Assembly: GCF_009914755.1 (NCBI RefSeq)
Contig: NC_060938.1
DNA length: 64,000 nucleotides
From: the human T2T-CHM13v2.0 reference genome, Homo sapiens
Strand: one strand, 5' to 3'
Positions 39,195 to 50,052 of this stretch are shown here, in pieces. The translations under genes were made by a program, and so were the position numbers. The stretch's first letter is position 1, and every line of letters starts with the position of its first letter. The notes below the pieces were generated by a model. The model did no database searches. It was not told the origin of the DNA and worked only from the letters and a program-made list of their open reading frames with translations.

Positions 39195-39347
39195 TGCATG
39201 TGCATGCATGTGTGTGCGTGTGTAAGAGCAATAGATGGAGCAGCCAATGCAGGGAGAAGATCTGAAATTTGGAGCCTATTTAAGAGTGAAAGAACAGCTG
39301 CCTTTTAAATGGTTGCTAATTCTGACAATTAATGCTGTTCTGTGAGT
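39195..39347 (+). promoter_or_regulatory. Candidate tissue-specific promoter and short first exon (CCAAT, TATTTAA, ATG CTG TTC T|GTGAGT)
   Basis: CCAAT at 39244-39248, CCTATTTAAG at 39275-39284, ATG at 39332, donor at 39342; repeat-free island. Confidence 0.3.
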
Positions 39348-39776
39348 GTGTGATTTTCTGTGATAGCAGTTAGGAGGGATGATGGTGTGTAATAGCTCAT
39401 TTCCTAAGCTTTATGGTAATGTAGCATAGTCAAGACCATAGAACTGAAAGAGAACTGGGTCCCACATGCTCTGCAGCCCTTTTAAATGAAACCCTGCAAA
39501 GCCTGCTTTTCTCTGTACTTTGACCTCCTTAGGATGATTTTATATTTTAGCACAGACACAGATTATTAAACGAATGATGTGCAAGTGGGCTTGGATGCAT
39601 CAGAAGTGAGTTTGGAAAAGAACCTTGTTTGCAATGAGCTGTCTGACAATCAAAATATTTACTTAAAGATAAGCTAATGACTATGCCTCGCAAATGCCTG
39701 CAGATCTATTATTGAAATGAGAGTCAGTACATTGGCTTGATACTATAAAAAATAAATCTCAAACCTCAAATACTAT

Positions 39777-39800
39777 TGTGTGTGTGTGTTTGTGTGTGTG
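39777..39800. repeat. (TG)n microsatellite, interrupted
   Basis: Visible directly in the sequence. Confidence 0.85.
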
Positions 39801-40289
39801 TATTATACTTCTCTCCAAATAAAAGTCTTTCAAGCAATAAAGAAATATAGAAAAGTCTCTCAACCCATTTTCTTGAAATATTTGAAATAAATTTGTTACT
39901 GTAATCCATTGTTCCTTGTTGCTGGTAAGAATTGCTAAATGGCAAATATGCATTGAACAACACACTCTTCTATTATTAGTGATATCTCTGAACCTGAACT
40001 TGATAATGTGAGTTTTGTGGTCCAGTATTTTACCTATAATGGCTTGTGTGCTATGAAGTTGATGAAAGGACTGTGAAACTCAAATCAAATAGAGGCTAAT
40101 GCCTCTTGCTTATTAAACCTAGACTTATTAAACCTATTTGCGTATTGACTGGGTAAGTTTTAAATGTTCTGTTTCTTTAAAAACAATGCATTATATGGTT
40201 TCAAAATAGGCCCAAGGAAAAATAGAAATCTGGGTGAATTTGAGGAAGTTTTGTCATCTTGTAGAACCTCGTATTATATAGCACGTTCA

Positions 40290-40836
40290 GCCAGATTGTC
40301 ATCTTCCAAAAAAATTTTGAGAAACGCTAATAATGTTTTTTTTTTTAACTTTTTCTTTAGGTTTGGGATATATGTGCAGATTTGTTATATAGGTAAATTG
40401 TGTGCCATAGGGGTTTGGTATAGATTATTTTGTCACCCAGGTAATAAGCATTGTACCCGATAGGTAGTTTTTCCATCCTCTTTCTCCTCCCACCCTCCAT
40501 CCTCCACCCTCAAGTAGTCCCTGGTGTCTTGTTCCTGTCTTGGTGTCCATGTGTACTCAATATTTAGAGATGCTAATAATATTTCAAGAAAAAAAAACTA
40601 CTGGGAAAAGTAAGTTCTGAAAACATAGTTCTAAACTAAGCAGGTTTATTGACTGTGGGACTTCTCAGAGCCTTTGTTATGGCAATGCAAATTACAAACC
40701 TCTGAGAAGGAAAATGTACATTTCAAAGTTACCAAAATTTATTTGACATGAAACGCTTTTTTATGATTTTCATTTTGGATGAAAATAGCTAGAATTAGAA
40801 CTAGTTAGTGTTCAGTTAAAAACACTTTGGACAGCA
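40290..40836. mobile_element. Charlie4-like hAT element split by an L1P insertion
   Basis: ggacttctcagagccttt...aaatttatttgac...aacactttgg. Confidence 0.55.
40336..40567 (-). mobile_element. L1PA15/16-like 3' UTR, truncated, with TSD
   Basis: tatgtgcagatttgttatataggtaaatt...gtacccgataggtag; gctaataat is duplicated at 40326 and 40572. Confidence 0.85.
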
Positions 40837-41739
40837 ATTTTATAGTAGCTACCAAAGCTAATATTATAAGGCTTAATGACTCTAAAATTTGAAGGAACTT
40901 TTGGATTGGCTTAACTCAAGTGTCTTTTTAAGTACATTTTCTATTTTGATTGGGAATAGTTTTTTTGGAAGGGTTCGTTTAAATAGGGAAATTACTGCTT
41001 CCTGGTAAAATACACACCACAGATGTTAAAACAACTGCAATTTTAAAGATACTAGTCTGGTTAAAACACTTCCAGTTTGTATTACCTGAGTACTTAAACA
41101 GATAGCCATATAGTGAGCATAAACAATACTTCTGAGAATGGCTGCTTAACTCTAGGAAGAGCTGATCTTGGCATAACGTGAGAAAACTGCTAGGAACTTT
41201 AGTCTTATTTGCTTTCAAATTTGGAGCAGGTCAACAGTCATCATGGTTATTTCTCTACTGTATATCTAAGGTCATTCATCCTGAGAGTCTGGTTATGAAT
41301 GGCTTTTTTTTTTTTTTTTTTTTTTTCCAGACAGTGAACATGTAGGTGAAGGAATTGCTTTCTGGTAGGAATTACTTGTTTAGAAGTCATTGGCTCAGCT
41401 AAGGATTTTGTGGGTTGTCGCAGTGCACAGCTGAGGACTTTGTCCTATTTATGTGCTGTCTGTTCAGTATGAAGTGGCAGCCATTGATCCATCTGTAGTA
41501 CACCATTTGCCTGGGGCTATTTATCTGGTTGTGGAGATGTAGTTTGCTGAGCCAGGCATACGCTCCCTTGTTTCCCCAAGTGACCAGTAATGAGTCTTTA
41601 CAAATGCCTTGGCCCAAATTGTTACGAGTGAGGTTCTGCAGTTCTAAACTAATTGATCCATGTGACAACTGAACCTGGAATACTAGATCTCCAGGTGTGA
41701 ATAATTCTAACCTAGGGTCAGCATTATGGAACAAATAGA

Positions 41740-42345
41740 ACAGTGAGATAAATGTGAGGACCTAATTCAGAATGCTGGGGAATAAAACATGGTGGGTTAG
41801 AGTACTGATGTTAGTGTTTGACACTCACAAGCTATACAACCTTGTTAAGCTTCCTTATCCTAATAAGCAAAACGGGAGCAAGAATACTAGACACTTCACA
41901 AGGCTGCTGAGAGGATCTATTGAGACAATAATATTAAAGGCTTATGGTAGAGCTTAGCTAACATACATAAGCATTAGTTTAGTTATCATAAACATTAACA
42001 ACAAACATCAGTTATCATAAATACATTTTGTCAATATCAGCATCACTCATTAAATATGGGAACTTTGAACATATTATTCAATCTTTTTGACTATCTGTGT
42101 TTTTACCTGTAAAATGCCTACTTGGTACATTTGTTCTGGCTAAGAATTGATACAATGCAGGTGAAAGTGCTGTGCAAATTAAAATAGTGCTACACAGTGT
42201 TAAATAATAAGTAGTTCATGAGACTGTGAGCACCATAAAATCAGAGGCAGTATCTGATTTTGTTCGTCTTGGTATATCCAGTGCCTGTAACATTGCCTGC
42301 CCCATCATAGAAACAACTTAGTAAATACTTGTTGATGAGTTAAGT
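41740..42345 (+). mobile_element. MIR fragments followed by an L2 3' tail
   Basis: acctgtaaaatg; gactgtgagc...ccagtgcct...taaatacttgttga. Confidence 0.55.
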
Positions 42346-42472
42346 AACTTCTTAGCAGAGTTCTGCAACAGGGCCAGCCCCAGGTCTTCCTGTGATCCCA
42401 TTATGCTTTCAATAGAGAGGGTCTTTGGGTACCTCCATTGCAAGAGGGAATCATTAGTCTCTTCCTTTAGAA

Positions 42473-42702
42473 CAAGTTCATCCAACCCCAGGTCTGCAGG
42501 CTGCACACAGCCCAGGATGGCTTTGAATGCAATCCAACACAAATTCTTAAACTTTCTTAAAACATTATGAGATTTTTGTGTGTGTGAATTTTTTTTCTAA
42601 GCACAGCAGAAATCATTAGCCTTAGTGTATTTCATGTGTGGCCTAAGTCAATTCTTCCTCTTCCAATGTGGCCAAGGGAAGCCAAAAGATTGGACAGTCC
42701 TG
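42473..42702 (-). mobile_element. MER30 hAT MITE with 8-bp TSD
   Basis: gggaagccaaaagattggaca terminus; TSD ctttagaa (42465-42472) and ctttagag (42703-42710). Confidence 0.9.
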
Positions 42703-44584
42703 CTTTAGAGCCTGCCATACTAAAAATAGTAATCCTCATAAAACCTGTTCTTTCTTAGGTTTTTGATAGATGTGTCTGCTTTTTTTTTTGTGCACACAAA
42801 GAGCTATAGGATTTCCTTGTATTACTTGATGGAACTATAGGAGCCATGAAGAAAACAAAAACATTTGGTTGGGTTACTTTTAAAAAATGCTGATTTGCTT
42901 CCTCAAATCTTAGAAGCATATAATTTCAGAGCTCAAAGGAGACTTAGAATTCCTTTAGTCGATTCCACTGTGATTTTGTGGATGACAGAACATGCTGAGA
43001 GGGCATGAGTGATGTGTTTGTCACTGCACAGAAAATTTGTAGCACAATCGGGACTTAGAACAGACTTTCTGACTTCAGATGTTGTTTTCTTTCTCCTCCC
43101 ACCAAGTTGCCTCTAAGTCCTGGTCATCTTCACTGTTGATGGTATTTGTTATAGATCATTCATAGGCTGCTGAGATCATTGTTGATAATGCCATATAAGG
43201 AAGATTCTGGAAGTTTCAGTGTGCAAACTTTCTAAAAAAGGTTATCTCTTAAATTACTAGTCTGCCTGGGAACTGATACAACTCCAGCTTTCAAAGTTGT
43301 CAGTAAGCTGCTTTGAATTTCAGTATTTTATGATGCTTTGTACCACTTACACAGACTTGCTTTGTTGATGGCTTTGTCTTGGCTGAAGTAAGACGGTGAC
43401 ACCAGTTGACTTTTAAAAAGCTTTTATACCCATAACTTTTTCTTTCTTGCTGTCCCATGTTGACTATTTATAACAGCGTGGATGCATGTTGAGTGCAATA
43501 AAGATGAGCTGTGATGATATTCACCAGGGACTGATTTACAAACTGTTGCTTAATAGTTGTTTGCACTTCCTTTCTTCCTTTAAAATTAGTTGTCATTTTA
43601 TTTGTAATTTTTTCAACTAAAAAGAAACATTTTTTTTTTTCAAGTGAGAGTGTATTTATCTTTAAGCCAGTATCATTTCTGGGTTTTCTTTTTAAAAAAC
43701 AATTTTTTCGGGGTTCTACCATGTGTCTGATGGGTTAAGTTTAGTGCCCGTCCGTGAGGCAGCCTTGGGGGATGTTGATGGGTGCAGGAAATCGGTTCTT
43801 AAATTGTTGCAAAATTGCCTTCCTTCAGACTGTTTTGATCACGAGGGCTCTCAAGTGTCAAAGTCATTTGTAGAACTAGATAGATAAAATGCATGAGCAC
43901 TAAGCTTTTTTTCCAGGATAGAATAAATAAGTGTGTTTTCTACTATGTGCTCCGCCTTTGATAGTGATTTGTTAAAAGGAAAAAAGAAAGGCAATGATAT
44001 TAAATATTTACAAGAGTGATTTAGTTCTATTATCCTGTGCGCTGCATCTCTGTTTTTTATAGTGAAATCAGCTACTGTAGAAATAAATGCCATTAAACCA
44101 GTGGTAGTGTGAAGGTCACCGCCTAGGCAAGGTTAGAGTAATTTGTGGAGAGTAATGACTTTTGTCAACTTTCCAGATCTCTTCCTGTTTTTAGCCGGCT
44201 TCCCTCCAAAAATTATAGGAAAAAAATACATTTGAGGATTCACAGGCTTACTGTCTCTCTTGCATGCCTTATGCCCTTTCTGGCCAACCTGATAGTTGGA
44301 AGACTTTCGTGCACTTTTTTGTTTGTTTCGTCTGTTTAGTGGACAGAGACAGGTCTGTTCTCCCTGGAGATGAGCAGCTGCATTCCCGTTTACTGGCTTT
44401 TCTGTTGGTTCTTGCTTGACAGTTTGTTTTGGAGATCCAGCACTACTTCTTTCTTAGAAATGGTTTATCTTGTCTGAAATAATCCTCCAGTTTCCCTACT
44501 TTTACCTCTGCCTTTCTTTAAATACAGGTTTTTTTTTTTAACAAAACTTTCTCGTATCAGTTTAAATACATTTCTGAATGATTA

Positions 44585-44950
44585 CATGGCATTATCCCCA
44601 TTTTCACAGGCAAGAAAACAGAGGCCCAAGGTTACAAAGCTAGTTACAGAGCTAGCAGCAGAACCAAGATAAACTGAGCTTTGTCTGACCCCAAAGCCTG
44701 AGCTGACACTACTATATACGATACCATCATTTCAATTAATTTCACTGAACCTCAGTTTTCTCTTCTGTAAAATGGGGATGCTAATATATTATTCTAATAT
44801 ATTCTGAATTCATATAAATAGTATTACATATGATGTATTATAAATAATAAGACATTATTTTACTTTTGGTAAAATTGAGAAGTATATAAGCTAACACATA
44901 TTAAATGCCTAAAAAGATGTCTAGCTCTCGTTATGGTTTTAATATATTCC
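44585..44950. mobile_element. Two MIRs in opposite orientations
   Basis: ccccattttcacagg...gaggcccaagg, then ctgaacctcagttttctcttctgtaaaatgggg. Confidence 0.7.
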
Positions 44951-45333
44951 CTTTCCTCTCGACAGTAACAATAAAGTGTAATTGAATTTAACAAGTATTG
45001 AGCACAAGGGATACACAAAATGGGTAAAAATCAGTCTTTGTTCTTGAGCAGCTCACAATAGAGTAGGAAGAAAACCCCTATATAATGAATTCCAAAAGCG
45101 ATTCACTTTTTTTTCTTTTGTCTTGGGCTTTGTCTGTACCAAATGCCACTTAAAATATGAAAGCCCTTTTCTGGGTGCAAGTAGTTTGTTTCCTATAATG
45201 TTGAGATAGCATGTTGACATTGCAGTGGTAGCGACTTGTGGTTTGTTTCTCTGTTAGTCTGTGTTTACTTCATCCTAAAATCCAGAAGAGTGGGTTGAAA
45301 ATGGGGGAAAAACAGGGATACAGGGAAGTAGCA

Positions 45334-45746
45334 ATGTATATTACTCAGGGCAGGCTAACTGCTATGACAATTCCCAAATCACAGTGGCTTAATGCTAACA
45401 AAATTTTCTCACATTCCAGTTTGCGGTGCAGATTGGTGGGTGGTGAAGTGGGGGATCTCTACTCCACACAGTCATTCAGGCACCAAGACACCTTCCGTCC
45501 TGTAGCTTTGTCATTTTCTGGAGCCTTGTCCTTCTTTGCAGTCTACTGGCAGAGGAGGAGAGAGCGAGCTTGGAGGATTTTTCCTAAAGGGCCATGCCTG
45601 GACATAGTGTGCATCACCTATGATTGGCCAGAACTCAGTCACGTAATCCCATCCAATTGCAAAGGAGATTGGGAAATGCAATTTATCTCTGTGCTCAGGA
45701 GAACAGGATAAGGGGCCTGGTGGCTACAGTGACAGTCTCTGCCCCA
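45334..45746 (-). mobile_element. MLT1 (I/J-like) MaLR LTR
   Basis: cccaaatcacagtggctta...cagtcattcagg...attggccagaactcagtcac...tgggaaatg. Confidence 0.75.
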
Positions 45747-45811
45747 GTGGATGAGTTGTGTTCTGTGCTTCTGTGTTCTGATCTTGTGTCATGCGTATTA
45801 GCTTTCTTCAG

Positions 45812-45832
45812 CTCACCTTCATTCAAACAAAG
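45812..45832 (+). other. Candidate 21-nt microexon
   Basis: ctttcttcag| acceptor and a strong AAG|GTGAGT donor; length divisible by 3. Confidence 0.3.
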
Positions 45833-45856
45833 GTGAGTATGGTTTCTATGAGATAG

Positions 45857-46287
<431 letters not shown>

Positions 46288-46334
46288 TGTATGTGTATTT
46301 TGTATTAAACAAAACCCTTCAGAGTTACTTACAT

Positions 46335-46462
46335 TAGTGTTTCTCAAATTCGTGAGAATCACCCAGGGAACTTGTGAAACTATAGACTTTAGTTCCTGCC
46401 TCAGAACTGTAGGACCTGCAGCTCTAAATTATTCTATGATCAGGTAAATTTGAGACACGCTG
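46335..46462. mobile_element. MER5-type hAT fragment
   Basis: agtgtttctcaaa...gaatcacccaggg...aaatttgagacacgctg. Confidence 0.6.
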
Positions 46463-47649
46463 TGTTACAGCAAATTCCAAGGAATAAAATGAACCGAAAG
46501 GAAGTGTATGAGACTTTAATAGAAGTATTTTGTTGTATTTTAAATATTTAAAACAAGCTGCGTTTATGTATACCAAATCTATTTGTTATACGTAGATTTT
46601 TGTTGTAGTTCTTGTTTTAAGGGATGTGACCTCTATCTTGCATCCATAACCCAAAAGTGATTGGGATCTTAGCTTGAGTTGATGGAGTGGGGCCAAATGC
46701 CTGATTCAATAGGATTTTGTTTTATTGTGATCACTGGGTAAAAATATCTCAGCATTTTTTTTCCTCTTTATCGTCTAAAAAGGGACACTTTTGATTAAGA
46801 TAATTTTCTTGTTGCATTAAGACAATAATAGGAGTACATGTTTGATAGGCCTGCTTATTTTTTGTGACTGACTTGTGAACAGTTAACTGATGGCAACTCA
46901 TTTTAGTTTGTAGATATATCTTAATCTCTTGTACGCATAGTGACCATTACCTCCATGATGTTCTGAAATGAAGCCCCTTCCTGTAAAGCTGTGCTTTTTT
47001 CTCTTGTAGCTAGAGGTTGGCCCATTGTACTATTGGAATGGATGTCAGAGTGTGGATAATTCTGGGCTTGTGATTTTTTTCTTTCTCCTATTTTATCTGC
47101 CTCTTTTTGTGTCTTTGTGAGCAAGTCTGTGATTACTATTGAGTTTTTTTCCCTAAATGCCAGCAATTATCTCACAGGTGGAGGGATTAGGAAAGAGCTG
47201 AGAGAAATGCACTGGGTTTAGAATAAAGGCTCCCCACCCCCACTTTAAATATGGTGACAGGAGGGAGTGTAGAGTTGGGGGCGGGGGTGGCAGACAGCTG
47301 TGGGGGTAGGGTGGACAATTTGCTTCTGATATTTAAATCCCTAGAAGGAGTAAAGGAAGAAATTCCTAAGGAAAGAAAGAGGAATTAAAGACCTATATAA
47401 TAAGATATTTTGGGGTTATTGTTTCAGGGAGCTGGAGATGCAGGAAGGGAGGGGCAGCCACTTTTCTTAACTTGCTTTACCTGCCTCTTTATCTGAAAGG
47501 TGTTTGTTTGTTTGTTTTTTTCCTTTGGTCTGACAATTTATTTTTGGAGGAGAAGGGAGCTGGGAGGGCCTAATATATATGCCCAGGCCAAGGGAATTTT
47601 GGTGAGACATTCCCTTTCTTCCCAGCAGAGAATGATTTATTTATTTGAT

Positions 47650-47890
47650 ATGTCAGTTAGGATGCTTTCAGCTGCAAAGAACAGAACTTTCAACTCAACT
47701 GCCTTAAACAACAAAGGGCATTTATGGGCTCAGTTTCTAAAAAGTCCAGTAACTCACATGATATGACCAAGACCTAGTGTTTGTCTTCCCCATTTTTTGG
47801 CTCGACTTTCTTGGTGTTGGCTTCATTTTTGGCAGCTCCTGCCCATGTGATTTTAAGATGGCTGATGGCCATTCCCAGGATGATTTGGTT
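47650..47890 (-). mobile_element. MLT1 (J/K-like) LTR fragment
   Basis: tcagttaggatgctttcagctgcaa.gaacagaa...aagatggctg. Confidence 0.6.
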
Positions 47891-47932
47891 TTTGGTCTTT
47901 GTAAGTGAGAGAGAGTAACACTCTTCCTTGAC

Positions 47933-48900
47933 TGTATTAGTCAGGGTTCTCCAGGGAAACAAAACCAAGAGGAGATATATATGAACATGATGATTGTTAT
48001 GAGGAACTGGCTCACGTGATTAGGGAAGCTGAGAAGTCTTATGATCTGCCGTCTGCAAACTGGAGAGGAAGCCAGTGGTATAGTTTCAGTGTGAGCCCTA
48101 AAGCCTGAGAACCGATGGTGTCAATCCCAGTCTGAGGGCAGGAGAAGACTGATGTCCCAGTGTAAGCAACAAGGCAGAGAAAGCATATTCCCCTTTCCAT
48201 AGCTTTTTTGTTATAGTCAGGTCCTCAGTGGATTAGATCAGGAGTCTCCAACCCCCAGGCTGTGGACCAGTGGTGGTTCATGACCTGTTGGGAACCAGGC
48301 CGCACAGCAAGAGGTGAGTGGCAGGCGAGTGAGCATTATCGCCTAAGTTCCGCCTCCTGTCAGATCAGTGGCAACATTAGATTCTCATAGGAGTGCAAAC
48401 CTTATTGGGAACAGTGTATGCGAGGGATCCAGGTTGTGTGTTCCTTATAAGAATCTGACTAATGCCTGATGATCTGAGGTGGAACAGTTTCATCCTAAAA
48501 CTATCATCTCCTCCCCTCTTCTGCTTTCCCCCTGCCACTCCATCTGTGGAAAAAGTATCTTCCATGAAATTGGTCCCTAGTGCCAAAGAGGTTGAGGACT
48601 TCTGGATTAGATGATGCTTGCCCACATTGGGGAGGGCAATTTGCTTCACTCAGTTCACTGATTCTAATGCGAATCCCATTTAGAAATACCTTCCCAGACA
48701 CACTCAGAACAATGTTTAATCAGAGTACTGGGACTCAGTTAAGTTGACACGTAAAATTACACTTCACAAGTCCACCCCTTTTCAACTCGACACTCATCTA
48801 TATCTCCTTAAATGATACTTAATCTATAAATAAAGATAAAAAGATCATAATTTCACCTAACATGATACACCTATCCTGAGTATAATTGAAAATGCACTAA
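47933..48900 (-). mobile_element. MLT2(B)-type ERVL 3' LTR (47933-48768) plus adjacent internal sequence and PPT
   Basis: tgtattagtcagggttctccag...aagttgacac.taaaatt...caca; on the minus strand a polypurine-rich tract (aaggggtggac) abuts the LTR. Confidence 0.82.
48239..48604. mobile_element. MER1B hAT element nested in MLT2, with perfect 8-bp TSD GATTAGAT
   Basis: cagg...ccaacccc...cattagattctcataggag...tgccaaagaggttgaggac; TSD at 48231-48238 and 48605-48612. Confidence 0.92.
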
Positions 48901-49884
48901 AGAGTTGGTTTTCCTCCTACAGTATATTGGATTTAGGGGGAGGCTGGATATTTGACTCCAAATTTTGGGAATAGGGAAATGGATATTGAGTTGCAAATGC
49001 CAGCTCTACCTTGATAGAATAACTTTCAAAATATGAAACCAAACCCAACTAGGTTCTTAATAAGGACTTGGGAAATTTGGGGGTGTATATTTTTCATCCT
49101 TACTATCTGGCTGTGAAATCATCCTATTTCCATGAGAAGGGGATGTCAAAGAGGGAGCTTGTGTGCCAGCATAGGTAACATTTGGAAGCAGAGAGGTGAA
49201 AGGGGAAGGCCATTGGTATCCTAGCATCTGTGGAATCAGGGACTCAGCATCTTAGGATCTTAGTTCATTGACATGAAAAGAGGCAGGGAAATGTCTATGG
49301 GAATGGAGTGAATGCCAGGCCCAACTTTCTTAAGTGGAAACTGCTCTGATGGCATCCTTTCCTTCTGCCTTGATCTCAGGCCTCCACTTAGGTCACCTGA
49401 CATGGATTGCTATTGATGGATAGCTGACTGAGGCAGCCCTCTAGTCTCAAGTGTGTTTTTAACAGAGTGGCTCTCAGTAAATACCTGTTTCTCAAATGCC
49501 TCACCTCATTCACAGAGTCTTTCTTTTTAGCTGCTGCTCAATCAGCTGCTATTTCTTAGCACACTGACCTAATTTCCAACCACACATTTCATCTAGGATT
49601 TTGAGGCAGCAACATCCCCCCCGATTCCCCCAATGTCACTGCGGGTGTTAGCTCTACCTTGACTTGTGGCCACAGTTCTTATTACCTGCCTTAGCCGTCA
49701 GTATAACAAGGGGCAGCCAGTGTGGCAGGTAGAACAGAATGAGTTCCCTAGGGTGCAACAACTGGAAGGATGTGGTTATCAGGTTCTTCAAACCAAATAC
49801 CATGAGAGCAAAGGCCCTTCTTGAAAGGGCTGCTGCCTCTTAGCACCAAGGTTGCATTTGACCTTCTCAAACTGCTTTCTAGGC

Positions 49885-50052
49885 CAGTGTGTCTCACAAT
49901 CTAATGTGCACCCGAATCATCTGGACATCTTGTTATACGCAGGTTCTGCGTGGGGAGGGTTGAGGTGGAGCCTAAGATTCTGCATTTTTAACAAACTCCC
50001 AAGGGATGTCCATGATGTTGCTGGTATGTGGACCATTCTTTGGAGGGACAAG
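49885..50052. mobile_element. MER5A1-type hAT element
   Basis: agattctgcatttttaacaaactccca...tggacca. Confidence 0.7.

Noticed and set aside
40109-40136. 15-bp tandem duplication (similar ones near 41980, 44780 and 56650)
   Set aside because: Ordinary slippage duplications with no array structure; not CRISPR-like.
43721-43738. accATG TGT CTG ATG G|GTTAAG as another phase-1 first exon (MCLM)
   Set aside because: The donor mismatches the consensus at +3, +5 and +6 and is too weak to support.
45238-45711. Longest ORF in the track (157 aa)
   Set aside because: It lies within an MLT1 LTR, starts at a non-ATG codon, and shows no recognisable domain or exon boundaries.
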